Below, piece by piece: positions 38,713-47,441 of a stretch of DNA of 64,000 bases. This stretch comes from an uncultured Armatimonadales bacterium. Its GTDB lineage: Bacteria > Armatimonadota > Armatimonadia > Armatimonadales > Capsulimonadaceae. The position numbers were made by a program, and so were the translations under genes. The notes beneath the pieces are model-generated. The model was not told where the DNA came from and made no database searches. It saw only the letters and a list, made by a program, of their open reading frames with translations. Location of the stretch: assembly GCA_964252595.1 (NCBI GenBank), contig CAXUNT010000012.1, positions 4,537-68,536 on the forward strand, given 5' to 3'. Numbering within the stretch: position 1 is the stretch's first letter; the number at the start of each line of letters is the position of its first letter.

Positions 38713-39429
38713 GTGGCGCTGGTTTGGTATACTTGCAGTATTGTGGCTCAGATCATAGACAACCGGGAGCCGCGGCTGGTGCATCGGGTCGGGGATTATC
38801 TGGGCGCGGGCGCGACCAGTGCGAAGCTTGCGGTCGGCTACCTGTTTCTCGACGGATTGGTCCCGCTGCGGGCGCAGATCGCGCAGATGGAGACCGTCGA
38901 AATTCTCATCGGCAATGTCGTGAACCGGCTGACCGAAGAGCAGGTACGGGAAGAAGCGAGCCTGCGCCGGCGGGGCGGGGATGCCGGAGTGCGGGAACAG
39001 GAAGATGTTGCGGCGTCTCTGCGTGAGACTCACGACCGAGCGATGGTCGAAACCGCGCTGAACCTGCGCGAGACGCTGGCGGCGCTGGACCGGACGGCTG
39101 AAGTGCAGGCGCTGCTGCTGACGCTGGCAGAAGCCGTCGCGCGAGGCAGCCTCAAGATGCGGCTTTACACGGAAGGGCGCATTCATGCGAAAGTCGCCCT
39201 GATTGGCTACCCCTCTGGCTGCGGGCCGAATGTCGCTGTTGTCGGGTCAAGCAATCTGACGCTCGGCGGTGCGGCGCAGCCGACGGAGCTGAACGTGGCG
39301 CTTTCCGATCCTGCCGGCGTTCAAGCGCTGGAACAGTGGTATCAGCGCCTTTGGGACGTGTCGCAGGACTTTCACCGAGAGCTGTTTACGGAACTGGGCC
39401 AAAGCTGGGCATTTGAGACAGCCGAATGA
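38713..39429 (+). CDS. Single-HKD phospholipase D-like (PLD nuclease-type) domain protein; resembles the N-terminal module of PLD-helicase fusion proteins
   Basis: HKD motif RIHAKVALIGYPSGCGPNVAVVGSSNLTLGG. N-terminal IIDNREPRLV...AKLAVGYLFLDGL. The ORF stops straight after the PLD module and no helicase follows. The start is uncertain (GTG 38713 or GTG 38743). Confidence 0.6.
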   Translation: MALVWYTCSIVAQIIDNREPRLVHRVGDYLGAGATSAKLAVGYLFLDGLVPLRAQIAQMETVEILIGNVVNRLTEEQVREEASLRRRGGDAGVREQEDVAASLRETHDRAMVETALNLRETLAALDRTAEVQALLLTLAEAVARGSLKMRLYTEGRIHAKVALIGYPSGCGPNVAVVGSSNLTLGGAAQPTELNVALSDPAGVQALEQWYQRLWDVSQDFHRELFTELGQSWAFETAE

Positions 39430-39602
39430 GAAACGGCCCTTTCCGGGTGCTGACGCGCCAAATGCTCATACGGCAGCGGCTCGTCCGTGCCGTCCTCGTC
39501 GCGCCAGGGCTGGCGCGGCCCGAAGTCGCCGGAGCGCAGGTCATCCTGCGTGTCCGAAAGCGCTTCCGCCTGGGCAGGCGGAATAAAGATCAAGGGTTTC
39601 AT
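39372..39602 (-). CDS. Hypothetical small acidic protein (76 aa)
   Basis: The ATG at 39602 has a strong GAGGAGG 6 nt upstream. No recognisable motif. Its 3' end overlaps the PLD ORF by 58 nt, so one of the two ends may be wrong. Confidence 0.3.
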   Translation of the reverse strand: MKPLIFIPPAQAEALSDTQDDLRSGDFGPRQPWRDEDGTDEPLPYEHLARQHPERAVSHSAVSNAQLWPSSVNSSR

Positions 39603-39771
39603 ACGACCTCCTCGTCGTGAAACAAGCAAACCTAAGTGGTAAACGCGCGGCGTCATTGCCTTGCGCTTTTTAGTTTACTCTGTTTCGCCGTGTTTTTCAC
39701 ACATTATTTTTCACACGTTCTCTTTTATCGGCGAAAAACCGCTGTTTCAAGAGTGCGGCTTCAACCGACAC

Positions 39772-40869
39772 ATGGCTGAAACTGTTTACACGGAGCCGCA
39801 AAGCCCAGCGGGCCTGCTGCCGGCGCTGCTCGCGCTGCCGCGCGGGGCAACGATCCTCGTCCTGGGCGCCCCGGACTGCGGCAAGTCTACCTTTGTGCAG
39901 GCTGCCGTTTCGGCTCTCACCCAAGCGGGCCGCTCGGTCGCCGCTGTAGACTGCGACCTCGGCCAAAGCGAGATCGGCCCGCCGGGAACGATTGGCGCCG
40001 CCCGTGCTGAGGCCGGCGCAGAGTTTCGTTTCCTGCGCGACCTGCCGGTCGCGGCAAGCTATTTTGTCGGCGCGATTTCCCCGAACCGGCACACGCTGGA
40101 TGTGTGCGCCGGAGCGGTGCAGGTCACGCGGGCGATTAAAAAAAGCCGCCCGGATTTTGTTCTGGTCGACACCGACGGCTACGTTCAAGGCCGGGAAGCC
40201 CGGCAGTTCAAGCAGAAGCTGTGCGAGATGCTGCTGCCGCAGGTCGTCGTCGCCCTGTCGCGCGGCTCGGAGCTGGACCCGCTGTTGCTGGCTTTTAGGA
40301 ACCGTGACTTCCCGGACCTCTGGCGTGTTCCCACGGCTGCCGCCGCGCAGCGCAAGACCCCGGCAGCACGGGCTACCCGCCGGACAGCGCGGTTTTTGGC
40401 CGCTTTAGACGGCGCAGCGCCTCTCGTGTTTTCTATGGACACGGTCGCGCTGCTGGGAACCGCGCTTGGAACCGGCGAGCCGCAGCCGTTTCACTTGCTG
40501 CAATTTCTGAGCCGTTCACTGGGGCGGCCCGCACTTCATGCCGAGCGCACCGGCGGCCATTTGTCGGTGATCGTCAGCGGCGAGACGTGGGATACATCGG
40601 GCCTCGCCGCCGTGGAAACCTACTTCGGCGTCCGCACGGTTTCGGTGACGGCGGCGCAGAAGTTCGCCGGACTGCTGGTCGGTCTGGTGTCAAGCGGTGG
40701 TCAGCTTCTCGGCATCGGACGCATTGATCGGATAGACTTCGGGCGGCGGACGCTGACGGTGGTGAGCGCCTGCCGCAAGCCGGGCGCGGTCGCTCAGATT
40801 TGGTTCGGCAGCCTGCGCCTGCGGGCCGACGGCCGCGAAAACGGCGAAGTTAAGCCTGGCGAGATTTGA
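39772..40869 (+). CDS. Clp1/Grc3-type P-loop polynucleotide 5'-hydroxyl kinase homologue
   Basis: Walker A VLGAPDCGKSTF is followed by the Clp1-typical VAAVDCDLGQSEIGPPGTIG, then Walker B FVLVDTDGY. Confidence 0.65.
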   Translation: MAETVYTEPQSPAGLLPALLALPRGATILVLGAPDCGKSTFVQAAVSALTQAGRSVAAVDCDLGQSEIGPPGTIGAARAEAGAEFRFLRDLPVAASYFVGAISPNRHTLDVCAGAVQVTRAIKKSRPDFVLVDTDGYVQGREARQFKQKLCEMLLPQVVVALSRGSELDPLLLAFRNRDFPDLWRVPTAAAAQRKTPAARATRRTARFLAALDGAAPLVFSMDTVALLGTALGTGEPQPFHLLQFLSRSLGRPALHAERTGGHLSVIVSGETWDTSGLAAVETYFGVRTVSVTAAQKFAGLLVGLVSSGGQLLGIGRIDRIDFGRRTLTVVSACRKPGAVAQIWFGSLRLRADGRENGEVKPGEI

Positions 40870-40870
40870 C

Positions 40871-40958
40871 CCCCCCCGCCTCAATTCTGGGGGGTCGGAC
40901 TAGGAAACGAACCGGCCTGTCCCCACTCTGTATGGCTCCCCAGAATTGGGGCGGGGGG
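40871..40958. repeat. Long imperfect inverted repeat (about 21-bp arms, about 45-nt spacer) filling the gap between convergent genes
   Basis: CCCCCCGCCTCAATTCTGGGG (left, from 40872) against CCCCAGAATTGGGGCGGGGGG (right, 40938-40958), with one mismatch. Confidence 0.8.
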
Positions 40959-40960
40959 CT

Positions 40961-42118
40961 TCAGGCCGCCGACAGCAGGCGAAGCAAGGGACGGGATGCC
41001 TGCGGGGGATTGGCCGGCTGGCCGAACAAAAAGCCCTGCATGAAGTCCACGCCTGCGCTTCGGCACATCTGCATCTGTTCTTCGGTTTCAATGCCCTCGG
41101 CGATGACTTTGATCCCAAACTGGTTGGCTTGGCCGATGATGACATCCATGCTTTGCCGCGCTGACGCTTTATGCTCGGCTTGGACGACCAAGTCCCGGTC
41201 GAGCTTTACGAAGTCAGGCCGAAGCGCCGTCAAGTATTCCAAGCTCGAAAACCCAGCCCCCATGTCGTCTACGGCGGTTCCCGCGCCGCGCGACCGGTAG
41301 TAGTCCAAAATCTTGTGCAGCCGCTTCATGTCTGGGATATGCTCGGTTTCCACCACTTCAAACACTAAGTCCGAGAGTTCCATGCCGCATTCCTCAACCG
41401 CTTCCATCGTTGTCCGCAGGCAGACTTCCGGATCGTAAATCGTGTTCGGCATGAAGTTGATGAACAAGCGCATGCGCGGAATCCGCAGGGCGGCGGCATT
41501 GCGGATGGCGGTCTGACGCGCCCGCTGGTCAAAGACATGCTCGATGTTCAGCTTGACCGACGCATTGATGAGCGGCCCAGCCCCGATCACTTCTTCCGTG
41601 TGCGGGTTCTTGGCGCGGATGAGCGCTTCGTAGGCGAACACGACGCCGGAGTCCGCCTGCACAATCGGGTGAAACAGGGAAAACAGCCAGTTGTCGTCCA
41701 GCGCGTCCCGCACCCAGTCATGCTGCGCCCGCTCTTTCAAGCTTTGCAGCGGCTCGGCCCGGACAAATGCCGCCAGGGCGCTTGCCGGATTGTCCAAATC
41801 GCCGGAGAAGAAGACGCCTTTGACATCGGCGGCAGTGGCATCGGGCAGCCCTGCCAAAAAGGCCGCAGTCACCCCGGAAACCCGTTCGCGCAGCGCCGGC
41901 AGGGCGAGAACATTCTCCCAGGCTCGGTAGGGCGTGTTCGCTTCTTCCAAAGCGTTCACCAGCGCCTGCCGAGCGTTGCCGTTCGGCGGACCGAGCAGCA
42001 AATATGTTTGACAGTCAGTTTCGGGACGGCGGGCGAACTGGCAGCGGGCGCAGCCTTCAGGCATTTGGGCGGCAGACGCTGGAACGCAGGCAGGTCGTTT
42101 TCCTGTAACGAAGGGCAT
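40961..42118 (-). CDS. EAL-domain protein (c-di-GMP phosphodiesterase type) with a Cys-rich N-terminal domain
   Basis: FAYEALIRAK, FINFMPN, TAVDDMGAGFSSL, VIAEGIETEEQ, MQGFLFGQP. N-terminus CVPASAAQMPEGCARCQFARRPETDC. Confidence 0.85.
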   Translation of the reverse strand: MPFVTGKRPACVPASAAQMPEGCARCQFARRPETDCQTYLLLGPPNGNARQALVNALEEANTPYRAWENVLALPALRERVSGVTAAFLAGLPDATAADVKGVFFSGDLDNPASALAAFVRAEPLQSLKERAQHDWVRDALDDNWLFSLFHPIVQADSGVVFAYEALIRAKNPHTEEVIGAGPLINASVKLNIEHVFDQRARQTAIRNAAALRIPRMRLFINFMPNTIYDPEVCLRTTMEAVEECGMELSDLVFEVVETEHIPDMKRLHKILDYYRSRGAGTAVDDMGAGFSSLEYLTALRPDFVKLDRDLVVQAEHKASARQSMDVIIGQANQFGIKVIAEGIETEEQMQMCRSAGVDFMQGFLFGQPANPPQASRPLLRLLSAA

Positions 42119-42255
42119 GACGGGGACTTGCTTTCTTTGTTGAACGTTTGTATTTCACTGACGCCCTTCATTATGGCGGAATACCCCCAAGTGCTTAGAG
42201 GAAGTATGTATGTCAAGACAAATGCAGGAAAACAACACGCACAGGCCGAACTCTC

Positions 42256-42492
42256 TTGATCTTGAAGGAGAAGGCGGCTGCGTACAACGCGGACGCTGAG
42301 ATCCAGGCGCTCTTGCAGGAGATCGTGCCGGCGGATGGGTCGCTGGAGGCTCTTTTGGGTGCCAAGTTCAGCCCTGCAAACGCCGAGACCTTGAAGAGCA
42401 TGGTGTTTGACGCTCAGGCTCTGGCGTCCCGCCCGCTGCCGTATGAGAAGCTGGATCAGCTTGTGTTTGATCTTCTCCTGGGAGTCAAATAA
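42256..42492 (+). CDS. Hypothetical small protein (78 aa) or non-coding transcript with its own terminator
   Basis: TTG start with no clear RBS; the ORF is followed immediately by a terminator hairpin (42493-42517). Confidence 0.3.
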   Translation: MILKEKAAAYNADAEIQALLQEIVPADGSLEALLGAKFSPANAETLKSMVFDAQALASRPLPYEKLDQLVFDLLLGVK

Positions 42493-42517
42493 CCGGCACT
42501 TCCAGTGCCGGTTTCTT
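42493..42517 (+). terminator. Rho-independent terminator
   Basis: CCGGCACT-TCC-AGTGCCGG followed by TTTCTT. Confidence 0.65.
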
Positions 42518-42527
42518 CGGAAATACT

Positions 42528-43325
42528 ATGACCAAACGACTTGTCAAAAGCCGGGGCGCGAAGCCCCGGCAGATCATCGCCTACAATGTCGCCCCCTGGA
42601 TGGACATGCCGCTTCTCCCCGCCCCCGCGTACCGGGAATGGATGAACGCCACGCACCTGCACTTTGCGAACCGTTGCCTGCCGATGCTGATCGCCGCCCA
42701 GTCAGGCTGGTTCATCTTGAACTCGCACAAGTTCGAGGCGGTCTGGAACGGCGGCAATCTGGCGGGCGACATTAAAATCACCGTGCAGGACGGCGACGGC
42801 GCGGAGCCGATGTCCAGTCACTTCGGCTACGGCATCCTGACCTGGACCCTGCCGTATTTGTTTCGGACGCCGCCCGACTGGAACTTGTTGGCGCGGGGTC
42901 CGGCCAACCTGCCGAAGGACGGTGTTCAAGCCTTAGAGGGCGTGATTGAAACGGACTGGTCGGTGGCAACCTTTACGATGAACTGGAAGCTGACCCGCCC
43001 GCACTGGCCGGTGGCGTTTGAGATCGGCGAGCCGATCTGCATGGTGGTCCCGCAGCGCCGGGGCGAGCTGGAGCTGTTCCACCCGGCCTCACTGCCTGTT
43101 TCTGCCGACCCCGACACCGAGCGCCGCTACCAGCGCTGGCTGGTGGACCGCAATGAGTTCAACGACGCCCTGCCGAACCCGCAGTCCGACGCCGCCAAAC
43201 GCGGCTGGCAGAAGCATTATTTTCAGGGCCGCGCCCCGGAGATCGCGCGGGCGGCCAAGCATCAGACAAAGCTAAGTTTGAGGCCGTTTCCGAGCAGCCC
43301 TGACAACAAAGAAGCGAGTAGTTAA
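42528..43325 (+). CDS. Conserved hypothetical protein (DUF6065-like; family name from memory)
   Basis: HFANRCLPMLIAAQSGWFILN, GYGILTW, VIETDW blocks. A hairpin GCGAGTAGTT-AAAA-AACTACTCGC overlaps the stop codon. Confidence 0.6.
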   Translation: MTKRLVKSRGAKPRQIIAYNVAPWMDMPLLPAPAYREWMNATHLHFANRCLPMLIAAQSGWFILNSHKFEAVWNGGNLAGDIKITVQDGDGAEPMSSHFGYGILTWTLPYLFRTPPDWNLLARGPANLPKDGVQALEGVIETDWSVATFTMNWKLTRPHWPVAFEIGEPICMVVPQRRGELELFHPASLPVSADPDTERRYQRWLVDRNEFNDALPNPQSDAAKRGWQKHYFQGRAPEIARAAKHQTKLSLRPFPSSPDNKEASS

Positions 43326-43468
43326 AAACTACTCGCGGAGAAAAGCGTCCTTCGGACGTTGAATCAAACTCGGTTAGCGCTTTCCCCTAGTCTGAAAGAG
43401 GCTTGACCCAGCAGATATGCAGTAACGTCGTAGGCATAGCAGTTTTCAACTGCTCGCTTTTTGCTTTT

Positions 43469-44416
43469 CTAATTGATGCTGAACGTCGCTGTCACCGCAG
43501 CCGTGTGATTCGGGTCAATGTACATCGTATCAGTCGCAGCCGCTTTGTAGTTCGTGTACGATCCTGACGAACTCGCAGTTTCTTGATCTTGTCCTGAGTT
43601 TCCGTTGTGACCGGAGGAAACTTGGATTGGCTGCAAGAACTTGACATGACCATCGCCTAGAAGAAAATTGGAGCCACCAGTATGAATGCCAACCGCTCCA
43701 CTCGTGTAAGGCGACGGCGAAACTGTGCTGTATGTTGAGGGATCAAGAGTACCAGTCGGACCGGCAGGCATGACGCCTGTTGCCAGCATCAGATCACCAC
43801 CACCGGTAAAGCCAGCTCGCGGGCCGCAGGCAATTTGATCGCAAAGAACGCCTGCTGCTCCCGAAGGGTCCGGCAGGCCATCCGTTGCGGGAGAAAGGTC
43901 ATAACTTGTACCTGAGTAAAAGCCTTCATCTGCCTGATCAACACGGACGGGCGCTCCAAATGTTTCGCAAAGCAAAACTGTAGAGGCAGGCGCGTTGAAC
44001 TGAGCCAGGGCACTCCGGGTGGCATTTGCGTTAAACGCATAAGAAACAGGAGAATCTGTGTACCCCGTGGTTGTCACTGTTGCGGTACTGTCGTCAGGAC
44101 ATTTATACACGCCGGTGCTTTTGACATAGGTGTAAATCTGGCCGCCCCAGCCCTGGCCGTAGGAGCGCAGACCAATACCGGTTCCGGCGATGACGCCGGA
44201 TGGGTAGCGCTCGTCGTAGTCCTGCGTATACTGGGTGAACGCCAGCCCAAGCTGCTTTTCGTTGGAAAGGCAAGACGTGCGGCGAGCATTTTCGCGCACT
44301 TTCTGGAAGACCGGGAACAAAATGGCGGCGAGAATCGCGATAATGGCGATGACGACGAGCAGCTCAATCAACGTGAATGCCTGAGCTTGCTTTGCGTGGG
44401 ATTGCTTTGTTTTCAT
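43469..44416 (-). CDS. Prepilin-type N-terminal cleavage/methylation domain protein (pseudopilin-like, H-X9-DG type), paralogue of 20916-21815
   Basis: QA|[43 protein letters not shown] and C-terminal [17 protein letters not shown] (H-x9-DG). Confidence 0.88.
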   Translation of the reverse strand: MKTKQSHAKQAQAFTLIELLVVIAIIAILAAILFPVFQKVRENARRTSCLSNEKQLGLAFTQYTQDYDERYPSGVIAGTGIGLRSYGQGWGGQIYTYVKSTGVYKCPDDSTATVTTTGYTDSPVSYAFNANATRSALAQFNAPASTVLLCETFGAPVRVDQADEGFYSGTSYDLSPATDGLPDPSGAAGVLCDQIACGPRAGFTGGGDLMLATGVMPAGPTGTLDPSTYSTVSPSPYTSGAVGIHTGGSNFLLGDGHVKFLQPIQVSSGHNGNSGQDQETASSSGSYTNYKAAATDTMYIDPNHTAAVTATFSIN

Positions 44417-44577
44417 AATTGGTGTTTTCTCCTGGCAAGGGTCGTGACGCGTTCGGTCACGAAAAGTTCGCCGTATTGCCGCTGAGTATGGAGCCTGAAT
44501 ATGAAAAACAAGTGAAGCGGCGGCAGGGCGGAGATTTTCGCAGGGGCTGCATTATCGGGTATAATAAATGCGTGTTA

Positions 44578-45687
44578 ATGCAGAATACTTTGATTGGGCT
44601 GACGACCGCCGAAATCCGGGCGACGCTGGCCGAAATGGATGTCCCCGCCTATCGCGGAACCCAGGTCGCGGAATGGCTGTACCGGCGGCTTGGGCCGGAA
44701 GCCGGCGGCGGATTTTGCGCCGAGTTTGCCGCCATGACCGATCTGCCCAGCAGCGTTCGTGAGGCGCTGGGGGAAACGTTCACCGGCTCGCCCCTGCGGC
44801 TGACCCAGCAGCAGAGCGACACGCGCGACGGGACGCTCAAAGCGCTCGCCGTGCTGACCGACGGCAGCCATCCGATAGAATGCGTCCTACTGCCCGACGC
44901 AAAGCGCGTATCGGTGTGTTTGTCCACGCAGGCCGGCTGCCCGATGGCCTGCGCGTTCTGCGCCACAGGGACGCAGGGGCTGACTCGCAATCTGACGACG
45001 GCTGAGATCGTGTCCCAGTTTTTGCTTTTGCAATCGCTGTCCGAGCGGCGCATCACGCACATTGTCTTGATGGGCATGGGCGAGCCGCTGCTGAACTACG
45101 ACGCGACGCTGAAGGCCATCCGCATTTTAAACGCCGAGTGCGGGGTCGCCATGCGGCATATCACCCTGTCCACGGTCGGCATCGTGCCGAACATTGACAA
45201 GCTGGCCGAAGAAAACTTGCAGCTTACGCTGGCCGTGTCGCTCCATGCCCCAAACGATGTTCTCCGCACCCGGCTGGTCCCTGTCAACAAAACCTACCCC
45301 CTGGAGCGCTTGATGGCCTCCTGCCGGAATTACGCCGCGCAGACTGGGCGGCGCTTGACGTTTGAATATGTGCTTCTTAGCGGCGTCAATGACGAGCCGC
45401 AGCACGCCCGCGACCTGGCCCAGCTTCTCAAGGGAACGTCAGCCGCCGTCAACATCATCCCGTACAACCCGACCTCCGTGGCCGAGCCGTTTGAGCGCCC
45501 AGACACAAGCCGCATTTTTGCGTTCCGGCGCATCCTGGAAGATGCGGGCGTGGTCGTCACCCAGCGCAAGGAGCGCGGGCGGCAGATCGCCGCCGCCTGC
45601 GGCCAGCTTGTCACGGAGAACGAGCGACGCCGCCCGGCCCGGCCTTTGATGGTTGTGTCCGAGCCTGTGCTGACGGGAGCCGGTTAA
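44578..45687 (+). CDS. rlmN: Radical-SAM 23S rRNA/tRNA adenine-C2 methyltransferase
   Basis: GCPMACAFCATG (CxxxCxxC), MGMGEPLLN, C-terminal AACGQL. ATG at 44578 with TATAAT at 44561-44566 upstream. Confidence 0.9.
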   Translation: MQNTLIGLTTAEIRATLAEMDVPAYRGTQVAEWLYRRLGPEAGGGFCAEFAAMTDLPSSVREALGETFTGSPLRLTQQQSDTRDGTLKALAVLTDGSHPIECVLLPDAKRVSVCLSTQAGCPMACAFCATGTQGLTRNLTTAEIVSQFLLLQSLSERRITHIVLMGMGEPLLNYDATLKAIRILNAECGVAMRHITLSTVGIVPNIDKLAEENLQLTLAVSLHAPNDVLRTRLVPVNKTYPLERLMASCRNYAAQTGRRLTFEYVLLSGVNDEPQHARDLAQLLKGTSAAVNIIPYNPTSVAEPFERPDTSRIFAFRRILEDAGVVVTQRKERGRQIAAACGQLVTENERRRPARPLMVVSEPVLTGAG

Positions 45688-45688
45688 G

Positions 45689-47440
45689 ATGTCTGGGGAG
45701 ACAGAAGCCCCAATTCCAGAAGCGGCTGCGACCGACGGGGCCGCGCCTAAGACAGCCCTTGCCGACGCCGAAGCTTGGCTGACCCGCATCAAGCCGGCCG
45801 CCGTGCTGGCGCTTCTCAAAGACCCCGACTACCGCGCCGCCGTCACCCCCGCCTTTGCCGGGTTCCAGCCCAGCTTCAAAAATTTCGCCTTGCCGCTGGT
45901 CCAGGGCCGCCTCGCCCAAACCGCTGTCAAAGACGACAAGTTCGCCGAAAAGCTCCAAGCGCTGGCGGAAACCGAGGCCAAGCCTGCGCCAAAGCCTGCC
46001 GCGCCGCCGCTTCCCCTGCCCCCGCCGGTCAAGCCCGATCCCGTCCCGGCTCTCAAAGCCGATCTGAAAGCCGAGCGCGACGCCCGGCGCAAAGAACGTG
46101 ACGCAGCCCGGCAGGAACTCGCGGCCGCGCAGGCCGCACGAGACGCCGACGCCAAAGCCCGCCTGCACTCCGAAGCCGAGCGTGACGAAGCCCGGCTCCT
46201 GGCGAAAAAGCAGGGGGAGCGGATCGCCCGCCTGGAGCGGCAGGCGGCGAAAGCCGCGCAAAGCGACGTGCTGCTGGGCAAAGCCCTGAACGAAGCCAAA
46301 GTTTCCCCTCCGCCGTCGCCGCGCTGGCCCGGCGCCGGACCAAACAAGCCGGAGCCGCCGGCAGTCAGTCCCGCCTGGCCCTCTGCGGTTCGGCACCTGC
46401 TGGACAAAGCCAAGTTCGACACGGCCCTTGCACTGGCCGAAGACGTTCTCAAAGGCGATCCCGATGATCCCGACGCCCTTCAAATCGCCCTGCGGGCCTC
46501 GGAAGGCCGCAAAGAACTGCGCCTGGCGTTCGGCCTCGCTCGCCGTCTGCTGGCCGAGCTGCTGCGCCGCGCTGATTACCCGGCGGCGTCTGAAACTCTG
46601 CTGACCCTGCTGCGGCTTGCGCCGCTCCCGGAGCAGGCGGAACCCGATGTCCGGCTTTTTCTTGCTGGCTTTCCGGCGTCGGACAATAATGCCGTCTCCG
46701 CCGCGCGGCTGATGCTAGCCCGCCTGCGCGGGGGCAGCCCTGCCGCGCATGACTGGCTGACGGAGTATGTTGCAGCCCGAACCCCGCTCGGCCCGGTTTT
46801 GATGCCGCCGCCGGGCGCTCTCGGTCCGGACGATCCCCTGCCTTTGACACTGCCCCTCGGACGCTCCATCACGGCCCGGAACCTTGCGGACGCGGTGGAT
46901 CGGGGGCAGACCGCGCTGGTAGATTCGGCTCGGTCGGCGCTGAATGCTCTGGAAGCCGCCGCCGCCGAAACTTACGCCCGCGTCTGGGCAGCGCTCGAAC
47001 AGGCCGCTTCCGGCGACCCTGCCCGCCTGCTGCCCTTGAAGCGGGTCCCGCGCGGCGCAGCGGTTGTGGACGGCAGCAATGTCGCCTGGTTTGATCAAGA
47101 ATCGCTCGCGCAGGGTCATCCGCGCCTGCGGGCGATTCTTGCAATTCGCCGGGTGCTGTGGACCAAAGGCTTTTTCCCGGTTGTGCTGTACGCCGACGCC
47201 AACCTGCCGTATTTTATCGACGACAAAGCGGCGCTGCGCCGGATGCGCGACCGGCAGGAACTGACCTTGGTAGATGCCGGAACCGCCGCCGACATTGTGT
47301 TGCTGCGGGTTGCCAAGCAAATGAACGCGCCGCTGATCACCAATGACAAGATGGAAGACTGGGACCCGGAACGCACTGTCCGTAAAGTCCGTTATACGGT
47401 TTCCGCGGGCGGCGAAGCCCTTCTTCTGTCGGAAGTTTAA
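45689..47440 (+). CDS. Large protein with a Pro/Ala/charged coiled-coil middle and a C-terminal Zc3h12a-like NYN (PIN-like) ribonuclease domain
   Basis: The C-terminal AAVVDGSNVAW...FPVVLYADANL...TNDKMEDWD pattern matches an NYN/Zc3h12a fold. The start is 1 nt after the rlmN stop. Confidence 0.6.
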   Translation: MSGETEAPIPEAAATDGAAPKTALADAEAWLTRIKPAAVLALLKDPDYRAAVTPAFAGFQPSFKNFALPLVQGRLAQTAVKDDKFAEKLQALAETEAKPAPKPAAPPLPLPPPVKPDPVPALKADLKAERDARRKERDAARQELAAAQAARDADAKARLHSEAERDEARLLAKKQGERIARLERQAAKAAQSDVLLGKALNEAKVSPPPSPRWPGAGPNKPEPPAVSPAWPSAVRHLLDKAKFDTALALAEDVLKGDPDDPDALQIALRASEGRKELRLAFGLARRLLAELLRRADYPAASETLLTLLRLAPLPEQAEPDVRLFLAGFPASDNNAVSAARLMLARLRGGSPAAHDWLTEYVAARTPLGPVLMPPPGALGPDDPLPLTLPLGRSITARNLADAVDRGQTALVDSARSALNALEAAAAETYARVWAALEQAASGDPARLLPLKRVPRGAAVVDGSNVAWFDQESLAQGHPRLRAILAIRRVLWTKGFFPVVLYADANLPYFIDDKAALRRMRDRQELTLVDAGTAADIVLLRVAKQMNAPLITNDKMEDWDPERTVRKVRYTVSAGGEALLLSEV

Positions 47441-47441
47441 C

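Noticed and set aside
40866-41300. The 144-aa plus-strand ORF starting inside the inverted repeat and running antisense to the EAL gene.
   Set aside because: It overlaps the conserved C-terminal EAL blocks encoded on the minus strand, and it has no RBS and no motif.
38713-43325. Calling the PLD / Clp1-like / EAL / DUF6065-like stretch a defined anti-phage defence system.
   Set aside because: The genes lie on different strands with their own terminators. The PLD ORF looks truncated. No known system architecture matches (no helicase, methyltransferase, ATPase-nuclease pair or similar). I report the individual oddities instead.
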